DNA from: Octopus sinensis
Taxonomy: Eukaryota
Reading direction: 5' to 3'
NCBI RefSeq assembly: GCF_006345805.1
Contig: NW_021832474.1
Location: forward strand, 1-30,626
DNA: 30,626 bases
Below are positions 11,674 to 22,721 of this stretch, in pieces. A program made the translations under genes and the position numbers. The first letter of the stretch is position 1, and each line of letters starts with the position of its first letter. The notes under the pieces are model-generated. The model saw only the letters and a list, made by a program, of their open reading frames with translations. It was not told the origin of the DNA and searched no databases.

Positions 11674-12085
11674 TATTTCTTTACTGCCCACATGGGGCTA
11701 CACACAGAGAGAACAAACAAGGACAGACAAACGGATTAAGTTGATTATATCGACCCCAGTGCGTAACTGGTACTTATTTAATCGACCCCGAAAGGATGAA
11801 AGGCAAAGTCAACCTCGGCGGAATTTGAACTCAGAACGTAGCGGCAGATGAAATACCTATTTCTTTATTACCCACAAGGGGCTAAACACAGAGGGGCCAA
11901 ACAAGGACAGACATAGGTATTAAGTCGATTACATCGACCCCAGTGCGTAACTGGTACTTAATTTATCGACCCCGAAAGGATGAAAGGCAAAGTCGACCTC
12001 GGCGGAATTTGAACTCACAACGTAAGGCAGACGAAATACCGCTAAGCATTTCGCCCGGCGTGCTAACGTTTCTGCCAACTCGCTG
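11674..12085 (-). mobile_element. Family A SINE dimer (one head, 184-bp body repeated)
   Basis: Period 184 (11675 and 11859); single 14-bp TSD aacgtagggtttct at 11660-11673 and 12097-12110. Confidence 0.92.
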
Positions 12086-12189
12086 GTATACATAGAAACG
12101 TAGGGTTTCTATGTATGTAATCATCTCTTACTGGCTGATTAACAGAATATTCTGAAGATTCTGAATGTTAAAAGCACCGAGTTATTGTA

Positions 12190-12590
12190 GTTGTATTAAG
12201 AAAGTGGTGAGGAAAGAACGTGTTATGATGTTCTTTTGATAAATGACCCCACTTTTCTGGATGATTAGGACCCAAGTCACTCTTTAAGAAGCCTTAACAG
12301 CTGCTGAGATGGTGATCCGTAAGGCTTCCGGTTAGATAATTACCAGAGCGCACTCATCAGCATACGGTAGCTTAAGAATCTGTTCAGATCTAAGCTTGAT
12401 TATGGCTTCAAGTCTTCTTATATTGAAAAGCTTGCCGTTGCATCGTTGAATCGGAAGTTAAAATTAAAGTCATTCCGAACTTCCTTCCGGTTGTCCATCT
12501 GTGTAACAGTGAGGTCATAAAAGAATGAAGAAGATATGAAACTGTACAGGAACCAGTAGAGCGTTAGCTAACACCCGCTTTGACGTTGAA
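12190..12590 (-). pseudogene. Decayed RTE-clade LINE reverse transcriptase fragment
   Basis: Manual minus-strand translation gives KLFNIRRLEAIIKLRSEQILKLPYADECALV..*PEAL; matches the RTE/BovB-type LFNLRRL...LLYADD.AL motifs; stops and frameshifts present. Confidence 0.7.
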
Positions 12591-12611
12591 ATAATATAAA
12601 AGGTAGATAAT

Positions 12612-12745
12612 CACTGACATAATGCATCATAAATTCCACCGGAGTCGGCTTTGCCTTTCCACCTTTCGGGGTCGATAAAATAAGTACCATTTGAACACTG
12701 GGATCGATCCAATCGACTTATCCCGTGCCGAAATTTGAAATCAGT
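12612..12745 (+). mobile_element. Degenerate A' SINE fragment
   Basis: gtcggctttgcctttccacctttcggggtcgataaaataagtacc. Confidence 0.75.
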
Positions 12746-12844
12746 ACATTATTATACAGGCAAAGTGATACTCATACACTCACTTTTGATTGCCATTTTA
12801 ATTATTAAAAAATTTAATTTAATTATAAAAAAATAAAAAAATTA

Positions 12845-13093
12845 ATGCGCCCTTTTAAAGCCTATCCAACCTCATGGGCCCGGTTTCCTGGTTTCAATGG
12901 CGTATGCGTTCCCCAGCTGGACAGGACGCCAGTCCATCGCATCGTTACTCATTTTTGCCAGCTGAGTGGACTGGAGCAAATTGAGATGAAGTGTTTTGCC
13001 CAAGAACACAACGCGTCGCCCGGTCCAGGAATCGAAACCACAATCTTACGATCATGATGCTGACAGCCTAACCACTAAGCCACGCACCTCCAC
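12845..13093 (-). mobile_element. Family E SINE, full length, with V-domain-like tail
   Basis: Reverse complement reads gtggaggtgcgtggcttagtggttagg...ggtttcgattcctgg...cagtccactcagctggcaaaaatgagt...gcgatggactggcgtcctgtccagc...gaaaccaggaaaccgggcccatgag. Confidence 0.88.
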
Positions 13094-13249
13094 CATTTTA
13101 ATTATACCAGTTACAATGTCACTGTGTTCTTTAGAATTGCTAGAAATAGCAACCATATCTCTTTCAAACCACAGTTTACAGACTAATAGTACATTCTAAG
13201 GAAGGACATGCACGATAATGTAGTTCTATATGCATCAAAGATCGAAGTC

Positions 13250-13830
13250 GAGGGAACATGGTCCAGTGGTTAGGGTGTTGCACTCACGATCACGCGATCG
13301 CATTTTCAATTCCTGAACCGGGTGGTGTGTTCTATTCTTGAGCAAAAAAATTTTTCTCTGCGATCTTTCGACACCTAATGTGTGGTACAACATGCATCCG
13401 TTCAGGCAACGTCGATTTGATGGAGAAAGCGAGCTATGCCGTCGGAAACTTCGGTTCCTGGTAGAGTCACCAAGGCGGATTGGTCTGACACCGAGTGGTA
13501 TTAGGGCCACAACCCGGCAGACGGGGCTCTGGTGAAAATCCCCGGAGTGTCTGTTTCGGCAACCGGCGGCTCCTCGGTCGTTCTGTCCCTGCGTCTGCGG
13601 ACAATCTGCGGCAAACAAGATGTCTCTACATGCGGGATTGTTGGGGACCGCTTGTGAAATCCACATATTTCTACGAAACTTCTTCCAGGGAAGAAGCCGA
13701 CTCCACCCGCCCAGGGTGAATGTCGCCACAAGTACAAATACAAGTATGAATATTTGATCACTAAAAACAAATCATTTGAGCAGGTCATTCAGCAACAATC
13801 TGTAGAGCCTTCTTTCTACGATTACGTCAG
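13250..13830 (+). mobile_element. E-type head (13250-13345) followed by an unclassified body with a probable nested GC-rich insert (about 13439-13748)
   Basis: Head matches E; the GC-rich block ends in acaagtacaaatacaagt repeats; single copy in the window. Confidence 0.5.
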
Positions 13831-14955
13831 TCTGCCATCATATGCATAAAAAAGATAGGCCGCTTATATAAAGCACGAACATCTTACGTCATAAGTACGC
13901 ACTTTTAAGTTTGTTCTTAGGCTAAACAGCATTAACACCAACAACACAATCGATGATTATTTGTAATATATTAAGTAGGAAGCTGCTATTCGTTCTCTCT
14001 CTTAACAAACCTAAGTACAGCTACACTCTATCCTATGTGAACTGGTACATATAATTTTACTACTGTGTATTTCACGTGTATATTTTTATTCACATTACTC
14101 ACACACAAACACACATGTATTTAGGTATTAGATACGTAAAATTTTCTTTCCCCAACAACTATGATGATATTGATATCATATTAGACGCTAACATCTCCGA
14201 TGGGGCATCATTTAATTTGCCATCCCGTTGCTTTGTTAGATATTTATATTTTTCATTTTCCATCAACATTCTCTTGTTCTCTCACATCCGCCACCAGTGT
14301 TTGCTCAATGTTTATTAGTTACTGTCCCTGATTTACTTTTATAACTAATTTCTCTTTACGACTCCATTATATCTCACGGTGAGATAATATCTCGAGGCCA
14401 TTCTCTCACAGTTGGTAATTACGTGAATACTATCCTCCATTTTGATTTTTGCATTGTCTGGATATATTTTTAGCATGTGGGTTTTATCAATAATTTCTTG
14501 ATTCTGAATTCTATGGAGGGAAATTTCAAGGTTATCAGATATAAACACGCCGACACACCCTTCCGAGTTTTTAGTACATCTTATTCTCTCGATAGTCTGT
14601 GTTCTTTAGATCCTTTAATGGATGCAGTACGTTTACGTTGATCTTTTTTTCTTCCCTTTAAAAATTTAGCGAGAGGGATAGGGTGCGTCCATAACTTTCT
14701 TAGAAAAAATCAATCTTTCTGAGCCCGCTTCGTTTTCAAAATGGTAGAAGCTTCAACGTAGAAATTTCAAAATTGTTACTCGATCCTCTAAAAGAGCAGC
14801 TAAATCTCCCTCAAGTTATACAACGTTGTGTTAAGGGAAGGGAAAGACGTAGTAATGTAATCCAAGGTCCTAGATGTCTCTAAAATGGTTGAATGATCAA
14901 AGCTGAAATGAGTTATATCAAAGATCATGATTGATCGTGAGGCAGCAGCAGCAAG

Positions 14956-15320
14956 TGGAGGCGCAATGGCCCAATGATTAGGGCAGCGGACTCGCGGTCG
15001 GAGGATCGTGGTTTCTATTCCCAGACCGGGCGTTGTGTGTATTTATTGAGCGAAAACACCTAAGCTCCACGAGGCTCCGGCAGGGTGTGGTGGCGACTCC
15101 TGTTGTACTCTTTCGCCCCAACTTTCTCTCACTCTTTCTTCCTGTTTCTTGTCCCCGACTTGCTACGCAACCGCTGAGCCTGGATGTGCATTCATCCATC
15201 CGTCGATGCTCTCGGTGTCGGGGGTTGACCTGCTTTCTCTTCTGCGGGTCTTACGAATAGCAAAGGACCACATTACGGACTTCTCCGATCTTGCGAGCTC
15301 TGGGACGAAGACCGTTCGCT
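14956..15320 (+). mobile_element. B head (14956-15150) plus a unique tail running into (CAG)n(CAC)n(CAA)n at 15321-15390
   Basis: Head near-identical to other B copies; tail has no second copy in the window. Confidence 0.8.
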
Positions 15321-15354
15321 CAACAACAGCAGCAGCAGCAGCAGCAGCATCACC

Positions 15355-15386
<32 letters not shown>

Positions 15387-15687
15387 CACCTATCAACATC
15401 TCATAGGTGATGAAGACAGATGTGAAATCTCATCTTCTCCGCTTGTTATCCATTCTTTTCTTCATTTCATACTATCATTTTATTTATATTTCAAAAGTTT
15501 TCTCTTACTTTTTTTAATTGCAAAGTCTTTGGTCAGATACTCATTATGACATCATGAACACATCGAAATTATGTTTCCGATCATATGAACCACTTCGAAT
15601 ATTATTTTAGGAAATATAAAGTAATTTCTTTTGTGCCGTAAACCATTTACTATTTCTGTAGCGCTCACTTCCCTTCATGCTTTAAAG

Positions 15688-15770
15688 ACTTGTGAGTGAA
15701 TCTGGTAGACGGAAACTGTATAGAAGCCCGCTGTATAAATACATGTGTATTTTTAAATGTCTGTATTTAT

Positions 15771-15844
<74 letters not shown>

Positions 15845-15961
15845 TGGCCTGCTCGTTTAGCCAGCGGGGTGGCGTCATTTGAAGGCTAAAACAATGCGAA
15901 GCGCATTGTAACCAGCGATGTGTAGCAACATTTGATAGCCTGGTCGGTCACGGTGATCACG

Positions 15962-16031
<70 letters not shown>

Positions 16032-16222
16032 CCTTTCTATTTGTGTTTGTTTCTTCACCGCTTGACGACTGGCATTGGTTTGTTGACGTCCCTGTAAGTT
16101 AGTGGTTCGGTAAAAGAAATCGATAGACTAAATACCAAACGTAAAATGTAAGTACTGGAATCGATTCCTTCGACTTACCTCGTCAAGACGTTGTCCAATG
16201 ATTGAATCAAGTAAAAGTCAAA
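15688..16222 (+). mobile_element. Degenerate family C SINE with a hairpin module (15845-15965) nested in its central (TA)n
   Basis: ttgtgagtgaatctggtagacggaaactg (5' half) and ccgcttgacgactgg...gttagtggttcggtaaaag (3' half) match C. Confidence 0.7.
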
Positions 16223-16344
16223 AGAAACTACGAACAATACCATTCCATTGCCGGACATTTAATTAAAACCGGCATTTTGTTCTAATTTTAAATAATCTTT
16301 CCTCAGGAGACCTTAGTTTTTATCTTTAAAAAAAAAAGTAAAGT

Positions 16345-16770
16345 TCAGGTGCAGGAGTGGCTGTGTGGTAAGTAGCGTGCTTACCAACCACATGGTCCCC
16401 GGTTCAGTCCTACTGCGTGGCACCTTGGGCAATTGTCTTCTACTATAGCCTCGGGCCGACCAAAGCCTTGTGAGTAGATTTGGTAGACGGAAACTGAAAG
16501 AGGCCTGTCGTATATATGTATATATATATCTATCTATATATGTGTGTGTGTGTGTGTATATGTTGCGTATCTGTGTTTGTAACCTCAAAATCACTTGACA
16601 ACCGATGCTGGTGTGTTTACGTCCTCGTAACTTAGCGGTTCGGCAAAAAAGACCGATAGAATAAGTACTAGGCTTACAAAGAATAAGTCCTGGGGCCGAT
16701 TTGCTCGATCGACTAAAGGCGGTGCTCCAGCATGGCCGCAGTCAAATGACTGAAACAAGTAAAAGAAAAT
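16345..16770 (+). mobile_element. Family C SINE, full length
   Basis: Used as reference copy; matches the reverse complement of 1780-2192. Confidence 0.92.
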
Positions 16771-17112
16771 GAAAGAAAATTCAGAAAAAAAAACAAAACT
16801 TTCAGGTTTACCAAAAACAGCTGCCATTCCTACTTAGTTTTGATGAGAACAGAATTTAGTTTGGTCAGATTCATTCCACGTTCACTGCTCAAATTTCTTA
16901 TGCAATATATCATGTCAGAACAAGATGTCAGGGAGTGATTTGCATGGTAAATGTTATATTTCTAATATGGAGGTCGTTGAAACAAGTTGGGTTCATTTTG
17001 TCACTTTTCTCTCAGTTAATAAAATTCCAAGCAGAGAATAATATCGTCTGATACAAAATATACGATGTCATGGAAAGGATATAGATAAACCTTTGCTGAT
17101 ATGTTGAAACGG

Positions 17113-17698
17113 ATTGCGGCAGTCAGCTGGCAGAAACGTTAGCACGCAGGGCGAAATACTTGGCGGTATTTCATCTGCCGATACGTTCTGAGTTCAAATT
17201 CCGCCGAAGTTGACTTTACCTTTCATCCTTTCGGGGTCGATTAAATAAGTACCAGTTACGCACTGGGGTCGATGTAATCGGCTTAATCCGTTTGGCTGTC
17301 CTTGTTTGTCCTCTCTGTGTTTAGCCTCTTGTGGGTTAAAAAGAAATAGGTATTTCGTCTGTCTTTACGTTCTGGGTTCAAATTCCGCCGAGGTCGACTT
17401 TGCCTTTCATCCTTTCGGGGTTGATTAAATCAGTACCATTTACGCACTGGGGACGATATAATCGACTTAATCAGTTTGTCTGTCCTTGTTTGTCCCCTCT
17501 GTATTTAGCCCCTTGTGTGTAGTAAAGAAATAGGTATTTCGTCTGTCTTTACGTTCTGGGTTCAAATTCCGCCGATGTCGACATCGCCTTTCATCCTTTC
17601 GGGGTCGATGAAATAAGTACCACCTGAGCTCTTGGGTCGATGTAATAGACTTACCCCCACCCCCAAAAATTGCTGGCCTTCTGCCAACCTTTCAAACC
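17113..17698 (+). mobile_element. Family A SINE trimer (head plus three bodies, the last with A' tail)
   Basis: Junction aaagaaataggtatttcgtctg at about 17340-17360 and 17524-17545, period 184; TSD-like gatatgt(t/a)gaaacg on both sides. Confidence 0.9.
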
Positions 17699-17973
17699 GA
17701 TATGTAGAAACGCGTTTACAACAAGAATTTCAAATTCTTTGAATTGGATCTAAATTCTTCAACTCGAAGCGTTTTTCCTTTTCTACTACAAGTATAGAAG
17801 GCACAAAAAAGGGTAATAACCAAGGGTCATGATAAGCAGCCCTTTAAATAATTGATTGGATATATACTGCAGTAAATTAGATTTCAATTGTATATCTAAG
17901 CTGATTGAGGTTGAGTGGGAGGTTTCTATTTCTAATTACTGGTGAATTAATAAAATGATCAAGAAATCAAACT

Positions 17974-18205
17974 GGCGCACGAGTGGCTGTGTGGTAAGAA
18001 GGTTGCTTCCCAACCACATGGTTCCAGGTTCAGTCCCACTGCGTGGCACCTTTGGCGAGTGCCTTCTACAATAGCGGTTCGGCAAAAAACGTCCGACAGA
18101 CTAAGTACCAGGTTTTAAGAGAGCAATATGTTCTGGGGTCGATTCGTTCAACGAAAATTCCAGCATGGCCGTAGTCTAATGACTGAATCAAGTAAACAAT
18201 AAAAG
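17974..18205 (+). mobile_element. Family C SINE with internal deletion of the microsatellite-containing middle
   Basis: 5' part joins the 3' part at tagc (ctacaatagcggttcggc). Confidence 0.8.
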
Positions 18206-18842
18206 ACATCGGAAATATAGTTCTAGATATCTAGATATACAAAAAAAACAAAGAAACAAAAACACAAAATGAGGTTGTCACGGCCGGTAAGACTTTGATC
18301 AGATCTCTTTGTTCAAAGCTGACTGTGCAGTTATAATAACTACTACTGCACTGCAGTAGTCGCTTCTTACGTATTTATGACCAGACATGCATATTCGACA
18401 AGCCGCTTAAACGATTTGTGAGAAAAGTCTCTAGTTTCATATTGTATTTATTTTTGAGGCACTTATATTTCCTTGTCAAACAGAAATACGATATAAATAG
18501 ATATTAAAGCAGGGAATATTAGTTAGTTCTGTAGGATAAAGAATACTGCATTTAAGTACAGGAGAAAAAAATCTATCAAAACTAAGTTTCTTACTGATAA
18601 TGTAGGACTGAATTTTATAAAAGAAATTATGGAGAATATTGTAAAAGGCGTCGGTGAATAAAAGCGAAAAGGTAAGAAATGAGACAGAAAAAATATGATT
18701 ATAGCAACGATATAAACGATATAAATAACAATTCTTTTTACTATAGAGACAAGGTCTAGAATTTTAGGGGCAGGGAAAAATCTATTACATCGATCCCTGT
18801 GCTCAGCTGGTATCTGTTTTATCGATATCTAAAGGATGAAAT

Positions 18843-19370
18843 GTGGAGGCGCAATGGCCCAGTGGTTAGGGCAGCGGACTCGCAGTCAGAGGTTCGCGGT
18901 TTCGGTTCCCAGACCGAGCGTTGTGTGTGTTTATTGAGCGAAAACATCTAAAACTCCACGAGGCTCCGGCTGTTTGTTGTTGTTGTTATGCAACAAGACG
19001 GGTAAGGGTGATTAGGTGATGGTCTAGGGCTTAGGGGCGGGAGACCCCAGACCTTGGAAAAAAAAACTTTGGTCGTCTTGTTGTAGTCGAGGGCTCTTTG
19101 TTGACGCCCGACACCACTGGGAGGTGGCCCTCGGAGTCGCTGGAATTGGAGATCTCCAGTTCCAAATTCTTGAACGGCCGAGGCTCCGACAGGGGGTGGT
19201 GGCGACCCCTCTTGTACTCTTTCGCCCCAACTTTCTCTCACTCTTTCTTCCTGCTTCTTGTGTAACACTGCGATGGACTGGCGTCCCTTCCGCTGGGAGG
19301 AACACATACGCCATAGAAACCGGGAAACCGGGCCCATGAGCCTGGCTAGACTTGAAAAGGGGCGCATAAA
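18843..19370 (+). mobile_element. Family B SINE with V-domain-like tail, interrupted by a nested insertion
   Basis: Matches the reverse complement of 28180-28491 once 18969-19178 is removed. Confidence 0.88.
18969..19178 (-). mobile_element. 5'-truncated retroposon 3' end with (AAC)n tail
   Basis: 10-bp TSD cgaggctccg at 18959-18968 and 19179-19188; (TGT)n at the left end. Confidence 0.75.
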
Positions 19371-19377
19371 TAAATAA

Positions 19378-20880
19378 AAAAGGATGAAATATGAAGTTGT
19401 CTTCGGCGGCATAAGAGTTCAGAACGTAAAGCCGGAAGAAATGCTGCTAAGCATTTTGGTAAAGTAAAGTCGACCTCAGCAGCATTTGAATTCAGAACGT
19501 AAAATCAGAATGGGTACCGCTAAGTATTTTGTCCGATGCGGTAACTATTCGTTCAGCTCATCAATCTTATTGTTTCAAATTTTAGTCCGAGGCCATCAGT
19601 TTTAGAGGAGGAAATTAGTCAATTATATTGATTCTAGTGCTCATCTGGCACTTATTTTATCAGTCCCGAAAGAATGAAAGGCAAAGTCAACCTCATCGGA
19701 ATTTGGTAAGCGTAGAAAAAATTCGCAGAGCATCTTATCCTATGTTCTACACATCCTATTTTCAACCGCCCTCATGTAACAACCACCACCGTAATAATTC
19801 TCCCTAATTTTTGGCCCAAAGCCAGAAATTTTGAATGAGGGGCAAGTCGATTACATCGACTCTGATCCTTAACCGGTACTTATTTTGGATCTTTACCTTT
19901 TGACCAACAGATTTAAAAAATAATTTTTTGTAACTAAACACTTTAAAACTTCGGACACTGGTAGAATGTGTCATATAAAACATCTGTTACTCTTAGCGTT
20001 TTTGAGAAAACCTTATATTTAGGTAGTTATTTCACGTTAAAGTTGTAGTATTTCGGTAATTTCAACCAATCAATGACGTGTATTCAGCTGAATAAAATTA
20101 CTGCCGTTGTTTGTCAACAAGAACTTCCGGTGGTGTATATTTCGTTTGTCACTGTTATTTATGACAACCCTAACCCTAAAACCCTAACTCTAAACCTAAA
20201 ATCCTAACCCTAAAACCTTAAAGCTAAAACCAGTACAAACGCACGAATGATGTCATAAATAACAGTGACAAACGAAATATACACCGCCGATAGTTGTTGT
20301 TGACAAACAACGGCAGTAATTTTATTCAGCTGAATACACGTCATTGATTGGTTGAAATTACCAAAATACTACAACTTTAACGTGAAATAACTTCCAAAAA
20401 ACCCTAGAGTAAAATATGTTTTTTATGACACATTCTACCAGTGTCCGAAGTTTGAAAGTGTTTAGTTACAAAAAATTATCTTTTAAATCTGTCGGTCAAA
20501 AGGTAAAGATCCCTTATTTTAACGACCCCGAAAGAATGAAAGGCAAAGTCAACCTCATCGGAATTTGGTAAGCGTAAAGAAATTTCGCAGATCATCTTAT
20601 CCTACGTTTTACACATCCTGTTTTCAACCGCCCTCATGTAACAACCACTATAATAATTCTCTCTAAGTTTTGGCCGAAAGTCAGCAATTTTGATGGAAGG
20701 GACATAGACTCTGATCCTTAACTGGTACTTATTTTATCGACCCCGAAAGGATGAAAGCAAAGTCGACCTCGGCGGAATTTGAACTCAAAACAGATAAACG
20801 TAAAAAAAAAATTCACAATGCATTTCGTCCTAGTTCTATAGATCCTGTTATCAACCACCTCCATATAACAACTAGCATAA
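19378..20880 (-). repeat. Degenerate A/A' fragments and a tandem array of A'-derived units of about 215-230 bp
   Basis: gaaagaatgaaaggcaaagtcaacctcatcggaatttggtaagcg...tcaaccgccctcatgtaacaacc repeated near 19668 and 20530, with a third diverged unit near 20745. Confidence 0.75.
19887..20512. mobile_element. MITE (non-autonomous DNA transposon) with long TIRs, 8-bp TSD and a telomere-like core
   Basis: Ends GGATCTTTACCTTTTGACC / GGTCAAAAGGTAAAGATCC; arms 19887-20166 and 20251-20512; TSD cttatttt at 19879-19886 and 20513-20520; host repeat resumes after the TSD. Confidence 0.93.
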
Positions 20881-21529
20881 TAATAAATATACTTAATGAT
20901 ATATATTAAAAGGAAGACAAAAGATAGAGTATTAAACCAAAGACAAAATGTAAAAAAAGTACAATACATCAAATCAAAATTGCTAGAAAATGAAAAACAA
21001 TGTACATTATGGAGACGACGACAATAAACATTACAAATATTGACAAGCAAACAACATACAATTACAGGAATGAGAAACGGGGGGGAGAAAAACGAAAAGA
21101 TAAAAAAAATTAGAGGGAAAATAAGCAAAGAGAAAATTTCTTCTCTAGAAAAAAAAAGAAGAAAAGAACACAATCATTTCATTGCCTGAAACAATGTGAG
21201 TAGAAATGTAACGTTAAATAAAAGAATTCTATTTTACTATTTATTTTTTTGAAAAATGCATCATTTTCTTTATTGATCGTTTTATCAGATATTCTAGTTT
21301 CAATAATTATGATGTCTTAGTAAAGTAGACAGTAGCAAATATAATAGAGGACAGAAATGAGATTGTTGAGCATCGAAGTTAGTTTTGCTCTAACTAGAAT
21401 TTGAAACCAGATGCCAGAATGGAATCGCCTTTTGCTTTACATCATTTTCGCTCTAAATGCCGTGTCTTTTGAAAGGAAACGCTGCCTTCGTTATGAGATG
21501 TTATATTTTGTCCGGAGCAATTGGGAAGT

Positions 21530-21870
21530 AAATGAAACCCTTTCTACTAAATGCACAAGACCTGAAATTTTGGGTGAGTGGACTTGTCAATTACATTGAC
21601 CCAGTGTTTCACTGGTACTTAATTTATCGATTCCAAAAGGATGAAGGCAACGTTGACCTCGGTGGAATTGGAACTCAGGACATGAAGACAGACGAAATAC
21701 CTATTTCTTTACTACCCACAAGGGGCTAAAACACAGAAGGACAGACAAAGACAGACAAACGAATTAAATCGATTACATCGACCCCAGTAAATAACTGGTA
21801 CTTAATTTATCGACCCCGAAAGGATGAAATGTAAAGTCGACCTCGGCGGAATTTGAACTAAGAACGCAGC
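21530..21870 (-). mobile_element. Headless A plus A' SINE dimer
   Basis: Same junction (gacgaaatacctatttcttt) as the other multimers. Confidence 0.8.
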
Positions 21871-22099
21871 GACTGTGGAATAGATTTTTTAAAATTATAT
21901 TCTACTTGTGCGAAAACATAAATCAATCGATAAATCAATGAAGATCGACAACTGATGTAGTTCAGACGGTAGAGTATAACGAAATACGTTGTTATTTAGT
22001 TTTAATGATTGTTGAAAAGAAAGAGTTGAACAAATAGTGAATCGGACGACTCGATAACAAGTTATAAGTTCAAAGTTACTTGTCAGCATTTTCATGTAT

Positions 22100-22253
22100 T
22101 TCTACAGATTACAACACCATATACATACATACATACATACATGCATATATATATATATGTATATATATATATTATCTATATATATATATATAATATATAT
22201 ATATATATAATATATATGTGTGTGTGTGTGTGTGTGTGTTTATATGTATAGAT

Positions 22254-22302
<49 letters not shown>

Positions 22303-22472
22303 ATATTATATACCGGAGTAAACCCATAAATTGAAAAACAAAGGAAAAAAGAGTACTCAAATACCAGTGGTAGAGTAATATGCTTTATTTTTAAAATAAA
22401 GTATATATATATATATTATTATATATATATATATAGATATATATATATATTTTATATATATATATATATATA
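22100..22472. repeat. (TACA)n/(TA)n/(TG)n cluster with an embedded module at 22311-22402 homologous to 385-468
   Basis: taccggagtaaacccataaat...gagtactcaaataccagtggtagagtaatatgcttt versus taccgtagtaagcacataaat...gagtgctcaaatatcagaagtagagtaatatgcttt. Confidence 0.8.
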
Positions 22473-22494
22473 CAGTACAACAGAAACAGGAGAA

Positions 22495-22664
22495 AAGAGT
22501 GAAAGTTTGTGGTGTAAGAATACCAGCAAATTTCACCACACTCTCTACCGGAGCCTCCTGAGCTTTATAGTTTCACTCGATAAGCATTGCACACCAGGTC
22601 TGGGAATCGAACCGCGATCTTCCACAGAGTCCACTGCCTAACCACTTGGCCATTGCGCCTCCAC
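22495..22664 (-). mobile_element. Degenerate family B head
   Basis: ctgggaatcgaaccgcgatc...cctaaccacttggccattgcgcctccac. Confidence 0.8.
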
Positions 22665-22721
22665 TGTGACTATATACACGCACATCTATACTGAGATAAA
22701 AAAAAAACAAAAAAACATGGG

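Noticed and set aside
14345-14600. Minus-strand open frame of about 85 aa in unique DNA as a possible exon
   Set aside because: No recognisable domain or convincing splice sites
18342-18360. actactgca-c-tgcagtagt palindrome
   Set aside because: Short, isolated, 1-nt loop; expected occasionally by chance or slippage
19570-20880. CRISPR-like repeat-spacer reading of the tandem units
   Set aside because: Units exceed 200 bp, are SINE-derived, the spacers are homologous to each other, the context is eukaryotic and there are no cas genes
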